Shown here piece by piece: positions 12,092 through 24,479 of a stretch of DNA of 64,000 nucleotides. Source of the DNA: Octopus sinensis (Eukaryota); contig NC_043001.1 of assembly GCF_006345805.1 (NCBI RefSeq), forward strand, positions 84,754,001 to 84,818,000. The letters are read 5' to 3'. A program made the translations under genes and the position numbers. How positions within the stretch are numbered: the stretch's first letter is position 1; each line of letters opens with the position of its first letter. The notes below the pieces were generated by a model that saw nothing but the letters and a program-made list of their open reading frames with translations, made no database searches and had not been told where the DNA came from.

Positions 12092-12429
12092 TACTACTAC
12101 TACTACTACTCTACTACTACTACTACCACTACTACTACTACTGCTACTACTACTACCACCACTACCACCACATCCGCTGCTGCCGCCGCCACCACCAGCA
12201 CCACCTCCACCACCACCACCACCATCACCACCATCACTACTACTATACTACTACTACAACTACTACTACTACTAATACCACTACTACTACTACTGCTACT
12301 ACTACTACCACCACTACCACCACATCCGCTGCTGCCGCCGCCACCAGCACCACTACCTCCACCACCACCACCACCACCACCACCACCATCACCACCATCA
12401 CTACTACTACTACTACTACTACTACTACA

Positions 12430-12477
<48 letters not shown>

Positions 12478-12493
12478 GCTGCCACTACTATTT

Positions 12494-12582
<89 letters not shown>

Positions 12583-12603
12583 ACTACTTCTACTGCTACT
12601 GCT
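11666..12603. repeat. Compound (CTA)n/(CCA)n/(CTG)n triplet array with higher-order units
   Basis: The marker CACATCCGCTGCTGCCGCCGCC occurs at 11781, 11934, 12169 and 12321. Confidence 0.95.
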
Positions 12604-12897
12604 ATAGTTGACTCTCAGTGCACTCCGTTTGCTAGGTAGATTTAAGCGCTCGACACTGCAAACTGAAATCGTGTCAAACAAAGGAATTACTGTTTTATTG
12701 ACAGATTTAATGAAAACTGAAAACTGAAACAAGTATTTATTGAAGTGAACGTAACACATATACATGCCTATGCACGTACACGCACACAAGTACTAACACG
12801 CGCATATATTCACATATGTACATATATACATATATACACATATACACAAACACACATATATATATATATATTATATATATATATATAAATAAATAGG

Positions 12898-12930
<33 letters not shown>

Positions 12931-12931
12931 G

Positions 12932-12962
<31 letters not shown>

Positions 12963-13493
12963 GGAGAGAGAGAGAGAGGAGAGAGAGAGAAGTTCTGCTG
13001 TGAGATAAGGAGTTTGGCTACCTTGGTCATATCGATATTTCACGTTTTCTCGGAAGTTTAGGAAATTCTTAAGACATATCAACAATTTACGATCATTTAC
13101 TAACCGATTTTTTCTAAGCAATTCTGAGGAGTGGGAAATGTCAGGTACTTTAATTTATCAGTACAAAACGGTGAAAGGTGAAGTTGATTACAGGTGGATT
13201 TGTCCTTTTTTTTTCTACATATATTTAGTAAATAGGAAACGCAGTATGTTGTTTTCAGTGCCAACACAAGAAAAAAAAAGAAAAGAAAATAAAAGAAAAG
13301 AAAAGAAACGCTGATTGCGGTGAAATAAAGAAACGGAATGCATGTCAAAGAGCATAAGTGTGGGCTTCAATAGAAAGAAGCTTGGAATAACTGGATTGAT
13401 GGATCTTTGGTTCGCACCTCTTCAAGGTGCCAGCTAATCTGTTCTCAATTCATTTCTGAGTTATGAATTAATTGGGATATAAAACATCAAATA

Positions 13494-13511
13494 TCAACAA
13501 CAACAACAACA

Positions 13512-13564
<53 letters not shown>

Positions 13565-13871
13565 CACTACTACTACTACTGCTACTACTACTACCACCAC
13601 TACCACCACATCCGCTGCTGCCGCCGCCACCACCAGCACCACCTCCACCACCACCACCACCATCACCACCATCACTACTACTATACTACTACTACAACTA
13701 CTACTACTACTACACTACTACTACTACTACTACTGCTACTACTACTACCACCACTACCACCACATCCGCTGCTGCCGCCGCCACCAGCACCACTACCTCC
13801 ACCACCACCACCACCACCACACCACCACCATCACCACCATCACTACTACTACTACTACTACTACTACTACA

Positions 13872-13906
<35 letters not shown>

Positions 13907-13936
13907 CTACTACTACTACTGCTGCCACTACTATTT

Positions 13937-14025
<89 letters not shown>

Positions 14026-14047
14026 ACTACTTCTACTGCTACTGCTA
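13494..14047. repeat. Shorter second copy of the compound triplet array
   Basis: The marker occurs at 13607 and 13761 only. Confidence 0.95.
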
Positions 14048-14327
14048 TAGTTGACTCTCAGTGCACTCCGTTTGCTAGGTAGATTTAAGCGCTCGACACT
14101 GCAAACTGAAATCGTGTCAAACAAAGGAATTACTGTTTTATTGACAGATTTAATGAAAACTGAAAACTGAAACAAGTATTTATTGAAGTGAACGTAACAC
14201 ATATACATGCCTATGCACGTACACGCACACAAGTACTAACACGCGCATATATTCACATATGTACATATATACATATATACACATATACACAAACACACAT
14301 ATATATATATATATATATAGTGGCTTG

Positions 14328-14359
<32 letters not shown>

Positions 14360-14427
14360 ATATACATACTCTCACATACACACACTGAAAACAAATTTCA
14401 CATGAGTAAATTTATTCTAAAGAAGAA

Positions 14428-14463
<36 letters not shown>

Positions 14464-15084
14464 ATGTGTGTGTGTATATAAAGAGAGATAGATAGAGATA
14501 CATACATACATGCGAACAAAACAAAAAATGGAGCAAGAACGTAACAGGCTACAACAAAACATCCGGACAGTTAGACGATACAGAAAAGGACTTTCTATTC
14601 TTTTCTCTCTTCAGTCGAATACCAGATCGTCGTTGCAGTTTCGGCCGGTTGCTCTCGAGACTGATCTAATCTGGCCGCCCCCAAGAAAATCTAAGCTAAG
14701 AGCACTAGATACTTTTGAAGAAAGCAAGCGACTATATACGAAAACAAGGACGAAAAGAAAAACGGACAAATGGTACACAATTACAAATATAAACAGCAGG
14801 TGATTAATAACTTTCGACTAGGGACGAATTAAATCAATCTGGCGTGTGTAGGAGTGAAGGCTTACAGCAGGAACATAACAGATGAAAGTCATGGGAAGGA
14901 ATATAAGAGACGCAACACGGATATCAATCGAACCACGAAAGACACATCAGGCTTGGCGGAATACCGTTCACGTGGAAGAAGAGGAGAGAGGTGGGGGGGG
15001 CAAGATAGATATATGCATGTATTTGTATATACATTATGTATATATAGAATATATTACATGAATAGATGCATACATAAACATGCA

Positions 15085-15147
<63 letters not shown>

Positions 15148-15190
15148 ACACATACTTATTTATATATGTTTTTTTTGTTTTTGTTTTCAG

Positions 15191-15286
15191 AGGCACCGTG
15201 TCGCTGTTTGCCATATTTGGAAATCGACAGTGCTACAAAAATACCGGAATCGATGGCTATATCTCGATATCTTGCTAGAGAATTCG
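15191..15286 (+). CDS. S-crystallin coding exon 2
   Basis: Acceptor tttttgttttcAG; (K)[31 protein letters not shown](G); donor G|GTGAGT; 96 nt, phase 1-1. Confidence 0.95.
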
Positions 15287-15734
15287 GTGAGTTTTCCATA
15301 TTACTTTATACTCCACCTAACACTTAGAACTCAATTCCTATTATTAAATAGCTTTTTCAAATAGGTTGTAAATTTGTCACAGTCGCCGCTTAGCTGAAGT
15401 TCATACCTTGTATAGCGAAAAAAAGAAAAGAAAAGAAAAACGGAGACATTTCAGCTGTAACTAACTTACGTTAATTTCAAACTGAATGCCTCTAGACCTG
15501 CGTTATCCAAGGTTTCTTCCATTTTTAATAAAGTTATAAATTGATTGAAATTTGGCTGTAATTCTTAATATGCCAAACAACAAAGTACAAGCTTCCTTTC
15601 TCAAATATAATTTTTCCAGAAGAAAATTAAACATCATAATTAAATAAATTCTGCATGAATGGAAAATGATTCGAATGCTTAAAATATTGGTTTCAAAGTT
15701 TGGCAGCTATTTCAAGGAAATTTCATTATTCAGT

Positions 15735-16080
15735 TGGGACTTATTTTATTGATCTCGAAATGATAGAAAGGAAATTGGACGTCGGCGGAAGTTGAACTCA
15801 GAGCGTAAAGACGGACGAAATTCTTAGCGTTTTGTCAGGTGTGCTACAGATTCTACTAGCTCGCCACCTTCATTGCTTAAAATACGGTTTCAAATTCAGG
15901 AGCAGGTGTAAAATGTTTACATCAACCTCAGTGCTCAACTAATAGTTGCTTTATCGGCCCCAATAAGATGAAAGCCAATGTCGATTTCGACGGAATTTGG
16001 AGTCACAATGCAAAGACAGACGAAATACTGCAAGCATTTTGGCAGGCGTGCTAAAGATTCTGCCAGCTCGCCGCTTTGAG
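15735..16080 (-). mobile_element. Two degraded SINE family B copies
   Basis: Each has a gtcggcggaagttgaactcagagcgtaaagacggacgaaa-type body and a ttctgccagctcgcc-type head. Confidence 0.6.
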
Positions 16081-17134
16081 AGCTTAAAATATTCTGGCGA
16101 AATTACTACAGGATGCATTTAATTTACACATACCATATTTCCTTCACGGTCAAATACAAGAACCAATTACCAGTTCTTAGGCCGTAGGGCTTGTTATCAG
16201 CTGAAGCAGATATTTGAATCACACGATATTACAACCAGTCACGTAGAATGAAGCATATCGTATTTAGATGGAGACCAGGAGAAGCTGGAAGCTTCTTATC
16301 TAACCAGCGATTCTTGTCTCTTGTCATGGAATGGTATGCCTAATATAGTGTTTGTAGAGTTGGTAAATTAGGCAGAAATGTTTGAATGAATAATTGGATT
16401 GAATGTCTTGTTTACCGCAATAATGCGTCCATTTATTTCTTGATTCCTATGGGAAATGTAAGTTAATTAAAAAACTCTCAATTAACTCTTTAACAACAAA
16501 TAAAAGGGTTTTAGAATGAGCCAATGGAAACTGGTATTTTAACTACAAAACCTGATTTAGAAGTGCAAAGAATATATTATAATTCGTAAACACAATTTAC
16601 GACAAGACACAAAAGAACTCATGCATATATTAACATACTGTTCTGTGTCTAAACTCCATCGAGGTGAATGAAACATGCAGTATAAGCTGAGATAATAATT
16701 AGCTAAACAGTTTTTCTAAATGTTGTTGTTTTTACAGCAGAATCACCACCAAATATTCTCTCTCATTTTTCCTGGCTGTCTCGATGATATTTGTCTGAGT
16801 GTGTACATATGTGCATGAGGTTATGAGTGTGCGTGCGTGTAGTGTGGTGTGCGTGTGTGTGTTCAGTCTGGCGTTCACTTGTAAATGTCTATAAAAAGCT
16901 ATGTATGACGTTTCATAGGCCCAAGACACGAATGTATGGAAAATGTACATGCGTCAATTTCCCCAAAATTTTCGATATTTTGACAGAATATTTTCACATA
17001 TATCGATTCAGTGTTTGATATATATTTACGCTATATTACTCTGCAATATTAAACTGCTGTATTAAACTCCTGTCAAACCGTCCAATCCATTCCAGCATCA
17101 TGGAAAACGGACGTTAAATGATGATGATGAGGAC

Positions 17135-17188
<54 letters not shown>

Positions 17189-17206
17189 AATGATGATAAA
17201 AATATA

Positions 17207-17417
17207 CGAGGTGTTGCTGAAAAGTTCCTGGTTTTAGAGGTGTCACGAAAGGCCTAGTTCGAGGCCCGACGTTCCGAGTTCTTTTACAGGAATTAGAAAA
17301 CTGAAGGACTGCTGAAATTTGTGTATGAATCTGAGAGAGGAATATGGTGAATGAAATATCATAATTAATTCCTTATTTTCTTTTACCTACTGTCAGGAAC
17401 TTTTCAGCACCCCTTCG
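17207..17417. mobile_element. Mariner-derived MITE
   Basis: TA|CGAGGTGTTGCTGAAAAGTTCCTG ... CAGGAACTTTTCAGCACCCCTTCG inverted termini. A related half copy lies at ~23940-24050 on the minus strand. Confidence 0.8.
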
Positions 17418-17581
17418 TGTGTGTGTAAGTGTGCACGTGCGCGCAAGTGTTTATAAAAATAAGCATATGTAAAATATTTTAATCAAATCATATGTTCCTA
17501 ACACTCATGATTAGAAATAGCCGTTGGTCAACTACGACACCAATATTTAACTCAGCAACACAAAGTTTTGTTTCTTTGCAG

Positions 17582-17697
17582 GATTCCACGGTAGGACGAA
17601 CATGGATATATTCCGAGTGGATTACATCTGCGACTGTTTTTATGATATCTTTCATGATTACATGAGATGGTTTCATGAGAAACACGGACGATTCAGA
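17582..17697 (+). CDS. S-crystallin coding exon 3 (absent from ORF track)
   Basis: Acceptor ttttgtttctttgcAG; (G)[38 protein letters not shown]; donor AGA|GTAAGT; 116 nt, phase 1-0. Confidence 0.95.
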
Positions 17698-17876
17698 GTA
17701 AGTTCTGAGTTTCTAGCTTTATAGATTATCAAAAAGAAACATTTAAATTCGAACTTCTCTGGTACATACTATGTATATGTTGTAGCTATGTTTCATAGAT
17801 TCTTTTCAATGAAATATTATTTTATGGATTTGGGGATGTGTGATCCTAATCAGATATGATTATCATTCATTCCATA

Positions 17877-18037
17877 GTCGCAGGAGTGGCTGTGTGGTAA
17901 GTAGCTTGTGTACGAACCACATAGTTCTGGGTTCAGTCCGACTGCGTGGCACTTTGGGCAAGTCTCTTCTACTATAGACTCTGCCGACCAAAGACTTGTG
18001 AGTGGATTTAGTAGACAGAAACTGAAAGAAGCCCGTC

Positions 18038-18101
<64 letters not shown>

Positions 18102-18300
18102 TGTGTGTGGTGTGTGTGTGTGTGTGTGTCTATGTTTGTCCCCCCAACATCGCTTGACAACCGATGCTGGTGTGTTTGCATCCCCGTAACTTAGCGGTTC
18201 GGCAAAAGAGAGCGATAGAATTAGTACTAGGCTTACGAAGAATAATTCCTGGGGTCGATTTGCTCGACTAAATGCGGTGTTCCAGCATGGCTGCAGTCAC
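17877..18300 (+). mobile_element. SINE family A (intron 3), 3' end replaced by a hairpin
   Basis: caggagtggctgtgtggtaagtagcttg...ggcaagt...(TA)n(TG)n...cttagcggttcggcaaaagag...ccagcatggctgcagtca. Confidence 0.9.
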
Positions 18301-18305
18301 ATGAG

Positions 18306-18365
18306 GGATATTTGTCCTCATCTTGTTTGTTGTTAACACGGCAAACAAGATGAGGACAAATATCC
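18306..18365. repeat. Perfect 24-bp inverted repeat derived from the Penelope pLTR
   Basis: GGATATTTGTCCTCATCTTGTTTG-12 nt-CAAACAAGATGAGGACAAATATCC. The same sequence follows the hammerhead motifs at 9.4 and 39.5-39.8 kb. Confidence 0.9.
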
Positions 18366-18394
18366 GTCAAATGGGTTCGCCACTCTACCCCACT

Positions 18395-18520
18395 GCCGGA
18401 GCCTCGTACATCTTTAGGTGTTTTCGCTCAATAAACACTCACAACGCCCCGTCTCGGAATCCAAACCGCGATCCTACGACCGCGAGTTCGGTGGTCTAAC
18501 CACTGGGCCATTGCGCCTCC
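18395..18520 (-). mobile_element. SINE family C head (tRNA-like)
   Basis: The reverse complement of ggaggcgcaatggcccagtggttagaccaccgaactcgcggtcgtaggatcgcggtttggattcc matches 38595-38720. Confidence 0.75.
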
Positions 18521-18569
18521 ACACACACATATATATATATATATATTCATTATATATATATATACGCAC

Positions 18570-18610
<41 letters not shown>

Positions 18611-18662
18611 GTGAGAATTTACAAAAAAATGCAAAAGACGAAGACGTGTGTGTAAACAATAA

Positions 18663-18696
<34 letters not shown>

Positions 18697-18929
18697 GTAT
18701 ATATATATATATTCACAAGATGCGATATATGTAATATATGTAACGTCTACGCATCAGCAATAATACGATTGAATGATCTATCCATATAAGCGATCTTCAG
18801 CTTTAATCGCGTTTATTGTCTTTAATACACCCCGCAATTTAATCTATCTCGTATTGAAATGTACTAAAGACATATCATTTAAGTGTACAATTTATTATTT
18901 AATGCTTTCTATATGCTCTTCTGTTTCAG

Positions 18930-18980
18930 ACTGGTTGTTGTCCTAGTCTCAGCTCTTGTATCCATCATCATGACCGAGAT
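18930..18980 (+). CDS. S-crystallin coding exon 4 (variable central loop insert)
   Basis: Acceptor tgctcttctgtttcAG; ACT GGT TGT TGT CCT AGT CTC AGC TCT TGT ATC CAT CAT CAT GAC CGA GAT = TGCCPSLSSCIHHHDRD; donor GAT|GTAAGT; 51 nt, phase 0-0. It sits where S-crystallins carry their exon-encoded variable insert. Confidence 0.8.
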
Positions 18981-20266
18981 GTAAGTATAAATGTATCTTT
19001 GATTATAAATTAGAGGATGGGCTTGTACCTCTGTACAACAGATAAAAGGATGTGATCGAATTTGTCAACAAGTGATTATTTATTATTTGAAATATTGTAG
19101 ATTATTCACTAACCAGTGTTTCAATATTTAGCAGTAAAACAGGATAATTGTGATGAAAATGTCAGCATAGGTGTGAATAAGAGTTCAAATTTCTATTTGA
19201 CCATTTCATTGGGTTCTTCAATTTCGTTGTCATTTCCGGAATGACGCTAATTATTCACAAAAGGGGAAAAAAAATTGGATAAATATTTTCTGCATCGACA
19301 ATACGTTTTCACTAACTCCTGTGGGTACAGTTTTCATAAACATCACTAGAAGTAACTGAGTCTTGCTTTGTAAAAAGATATTTAATTAAATGTGTAAAAA
19401 AGGAAAAAAGGAAATGAATCCGAAAATTTGGCTTTTGTAACCAGTGCCACTAAAAGTAACTCCGCTTTTTGCAGCATAAGAAGATAGTTCTTTCGAAGCT
19501 GTGGGGTAAAACCGCCTTCCGCAATTAACGGTAATATAAATTTGTGCGTATCTCACCGCTTTCATCGTTAAAAGATCTAAAGTATATGCACGTGAAAACT
19601 TAAATACATCTTAACATATTTTAAGCCAGCTGTCAAAATCGTTGGACCCCGGAAAAAATGGTGAGCGGCATTTCGTCCGTCTTTACGTTATGAGTTCCAA
19701 GCTACAGTAGCATCCACCCTTAGGGGTTAGCCACATTTTAAGTGGCAAATATACTTCACGATGTCGTGCAGCTACTGTTTATACCTCGCTCAGAGATTTA
19801 TTATTGCTTATAAAACAGTGTTAACTGAAAATGTCTTAAAACGTAACGCAAAATCGAGATATTTATAGCGAATTCGAACTCCTTATCTACAAGCTACTAT
19901 TCCAACATACCTTAAAATGAAACATTTTAAACACACTCCGTAAAAAAAAAAGAAAATCTATAAGAAACTTTACCATTTTCTGGTCTCCGTTTTCTTTAAA
20001 TGAGACATGCTGTTGATTGCCCATAGGAGGACAATGTTTGTTTTTGTTAATATGATTTTAGATAATAACATGTGTGTATTTTAGCGAATAATGGGTTTGG
20101 AGGAAAGTGATCAGATTATTCTCAGAAATGATCGAAAAATAAGAGCATATAATTGCTGCTTGCTGTAGATTAAACGAGCTTCGCTAACGTCAATGTAATC
20201 TGTTTAGCACAAACAAACGCATACAACTGATATGTATACATTTATACATGTATGTATGTATGTAAA

Positions 20267-20312
<46 letters not shown>

Positions 20313-20528
20313 CATACATACATATATATATACATATGCGCACATACATACATATATACACGCATATACATACACGAACGTACATATATTTACATGTAAA
20401 TGTACTTACGCACAATTAAAACAAACATTTACATATATGTTTATATGTATGTACATATATATATATATATATATAACATATATATATATATATATATATA
20501 CTCACAAACACACACACATACGTATGTA

Positions 20529-20564
<36 letters not shown>

Positions 20565-20783
20565 TGTATGTATGTATGTATGTATGTATGTATAGATAGA
20601 TAGATATATACATACATAATGTATAAATATATACGTAAGTAAATACATTCATACATACACCTGCATACAATTATACGACTGTGTGCGTATGACCTAAGTT
20701 AATAAACTAATGGAAGTAGTTATTAAGGGACGAATCTTTAGACGCATACAAACACAAGAACACAGACACAAACGCAGTCTGAG

Positions 20784-20823
<40 letters not shown>

Positions 20824-21404
20824 TTATTTATAGATAGTTATAACCTTATACATACATACACGCACACACAAATACACACATGCTTACGCACACACACACA
20901 TATGTATGTATATACAGAATGATATCCACCCATTCGTTTTCAGTGTGAGTACGTATTGTGTTTATTAACGTACATTACTAAACTGATAGAGATAGGTGTA
21001 CTGAGAGACGAATCTAAATACACAATTCACCAAGTTTCCAATTCAATAAGAAATAATCTAATTGTTGTATCATTGAAGGAGTTGACTTATCCAATAACTA
21101 TGTCTCATGTTGTTTACTACACCATATATTAACAATATGGCCTCCTAGCACTGTACTATGTTCTAGATAAACTAACAGCTTTTATATAATTACTTGAGCA
21201 TTCGTACCCACAAACACACTCTGCCAAACACGAAAATGCAAGCACGCCTACACACACAACTCGCGCGCGTGCGTTGACACAAGGGAACCATACGCACATA
21301 CATAAATATTCAGTTATATAACATCGGAAATACAACTCCCTCTTCCTTGGAAATATTCAAATTATATATGTGTATGTGTGTATTTATATATGTGTATATA
21401 TGTG

Positions 21405-21466
<62 letters not shown>

Positions 21467-21502
21467 TATATACATGTGTATATATATGTATAAATATGTG
21501 CT

Positions 21503-21538
<36 letters not shown>

Positions 21539-21655
21539 AATGTTTGAATATATATATATATAAAAATATATATTAATACATTCATATATATGTATACTCA
21601 CACGTACAGAAAAACATACATGCACACACACAGACACACACTAACACACACACAA

Positions 21656-21703
<48 letters not shown>

Positions 21704-22132
21704 ATATATAGGCTTGTTGGTAGGTACGTCGGTAGGTGTCTCTTTACGCCTGCTTGTGGTTGTGCGTGTGTGCGTGCGCTTGCGTTAGCGCGCGTGCACG
21801 CGCAAGTTACAGTGTTTGTGTGTACATATTTGCTTAATTAATTGTGTTTTAGTACACCAATGGAATTCAATTCAAGATTAAAGGAATAAACGCCGAAGAG
21901 ATAAAAGAAAGAAAAAAAACAAGCAATTGTTTGCACTTTTAACTTATATTTCAATTATTCGGCTTTAAAAATGGCATTAACATTGAAAAAAGTTCAAAAC
22001 GGAACTTACCTCTGATCTGCGTAGATTTATGAGGTCAGGTAGGTTGTATAGCTTGCACGGTGGTTGGTAATTTTATATTAACTAATTAGTGTCGAATAAC
22101 TCTCCATTTTTAAAAATTACTTTTGCTAACAG

Positions 22133-22600
<468 letters not shown>

Positions 22601-22983
22601 ATTAAATTTTACTATAGGCTCAATACCTGAAACTGTGTAGGAGGCTGTAGTCGATTATATCGCTCCTACTGTGCAGCGGTTACCTGTCTTATCGACAACG
22701 AAAGGGATAAAAGGTAAAGCTGACCTCGCTGGAATTTGAACTCAGAATACAAAGCTAGGAAAAATACAGCAAATCATTTCGTCAGGTTCGTTATTGATTC
22801 GGCTAATTCGCCGCCTTAATAGCGGTATTAAATTCTTTCTACAATAGGCATAAGACCTGAAATTTAGGGGAAGGGGATCAGCTGATACTTATTTTATCAA
22901 TCTGGAAAGGGATGAATGGCGAAGGAGAGTTCGACAGTATTGAATTCAAAACTCGAAAAATTTTGTCCAGCTTCCTAATTATT

Positions 22984-23800
22984 CTTATTTCGTTATTGCC
23001 CACAAGGGGCTACACACAGAGGGGACAAACAAGGAGAGAAAATGGATTAAGTCGATTATATCGACATCAGAGCGTAACTGGTAAGTATTTAATCGACCCG
23101 GAAAGGATGAAAGGCAAAGTCGACCTCGGCAGAATTTGAAGTCAGAATGTAACGGCAGACGAAATACCTATTTTTTCCTATCCACAAGGGGCTAAACACA
23201 GAAAGGACAAACAAGGACAGACAAATGGATTAAGTCGATTATATAGACCCCAGTGCGTAACTGGTACTTAATTTAATCGACCCCGAAAGAATGAAAGGCA
23301 AAGTCGACCTCAGCGGAATTTGAACTCAGAACGTAGCGGCAGACGAAATACCACTAAGCATTTTGCCTGGCTTGCTAACATTTCTTTTTTCTTTATTGCC
23401 CACAAGTGGCTAAACATAGAGGGGACAAACAAGGACAGACAAAGAGGTTAAGTCTATTACATGGACCCCAGTGTGTAACTGGTACTTAATTTATCGACCC
23501 CGAAAGGATGAATGCCAAAGTCGACCTCGGCGGAATTTGAAGTCAGAACGTAACGGCAGATAAAATACCTATGCTTTTACTATCCACAATGGGCTAAACA
23601 CAGAGAGGACAAACAAGGAGAGACAAACGGATTAAGTCGATTATATCGACCCAGTGCGTAACTGGTACTTAATTTATCGACCCCGAAAGGATGAAAGGCA
23701 ATGTCGACCTCGGCGGAATTTGAACTCAGAACGTAACGTCAGACGAAATACGGCTACGAATTTCGTCCGGCGTGCTAACGTTTCTGCCAGCTCGCCACCT
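22984..23800 (-). mobile_element. Tandem array of four SINE family B bodies (~190-215 bp units)
   Basis: The unit cacaaggggctaaacacagag...gaccccgaaaggatgaaaggcaaagtcgacctcggcggaatttgaa...gacgaaata is repeated 4 times, with a complete tRNA-like head only at ~23760-23800. Confidence 0.92.
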
Positions 23801-24479
23801 TAATGATTTTGCGAGCTTACTGCCTTCATAGAGGTATTAAAATCTTTCTACTAAACGAGAGGGTACTGAATAATCCCTGGTTTTGGGTAAAAGGCAACAC
23901 ATGAGGATCAGTTAATTATGATTTTAATTAACATATCCCCCTCTCTGATTAAGCCTTGTAAAAGAACTAGAACAGTTAGTCCTCCAGCTCTTCAACCAGT
24001 CCTTTCGAGATAGACACTCTTAAAGCCGGAACATTTTTAGCACACCCTCGTAAGTACAGAGCTTGAAATTTGTGGGAATGATGTTAGTCGATTAGATCGC
24101 CCGCCGTGTCCAACTTTTATTTTATCGATTCGGAAAGAGGTAAATGACAAAGATGATGGCAGAATTGAAATTCAGAATGAAAAGTCAAACAGAATTCTCC
24201 AGGCCGTTAATGATTCTGCTAGTTAGCAGCCTTAATAGAGGCATTAAATTATTAATATGACTGGCGTCTTTATTCTTTTAATATGAAATATTTGTTCTCT
24301 AGCTTTAATGGTGATTGTTAATATTGCTATGACAATGAAGACTAGTATTTTTGGATGTGACAAATGTAACTGTAGTATTCTGATATAATAACGATGACTT
24401 TGGGTTCAGCTTTGTCAGTAGTCACCACGAATAGAAATTTTGGTTATGACAATAAAAAAGAAATAAGTAAATGCACCCT

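Larger units (their letters stand above)
11071..14319. repeat. Tandem duplication in intron 1 (copy 1 ~11071-12885, copy 2 ~12886-14319)
   Basis: Identical ORFs recur at offset 1828 (11293/13121, 11520/13348, 11644/13472). The non-microsatellite parts appear identical, and (TA)n tracts lie at all three boundaries. Confidence 0.95.

Noticed and set aside
11644-12639. 331-aa poly-Thr/Tyr/His mucin-like ORF and its antisense poly-Val/Ser ORFs (also 13472-14050)
   Set aside because: Translation of stop-free triplet repeats in intron 1. It has a non-ATG start, no splice context, and several frames are open for the same reason.
14854-15327. 157-aa ORF ending in a GST-like segment
   Set aside because: Only 15191-15286 is exonic. 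The rest is intron sequence that happens to be in frame.
22984-23800. Regularly spaced repeats resembling a CRISPR array
   Set aside because: Units are ~190-215 bp SINE bodies with no unique spacers and no cas genes, in a eukaryotic context.
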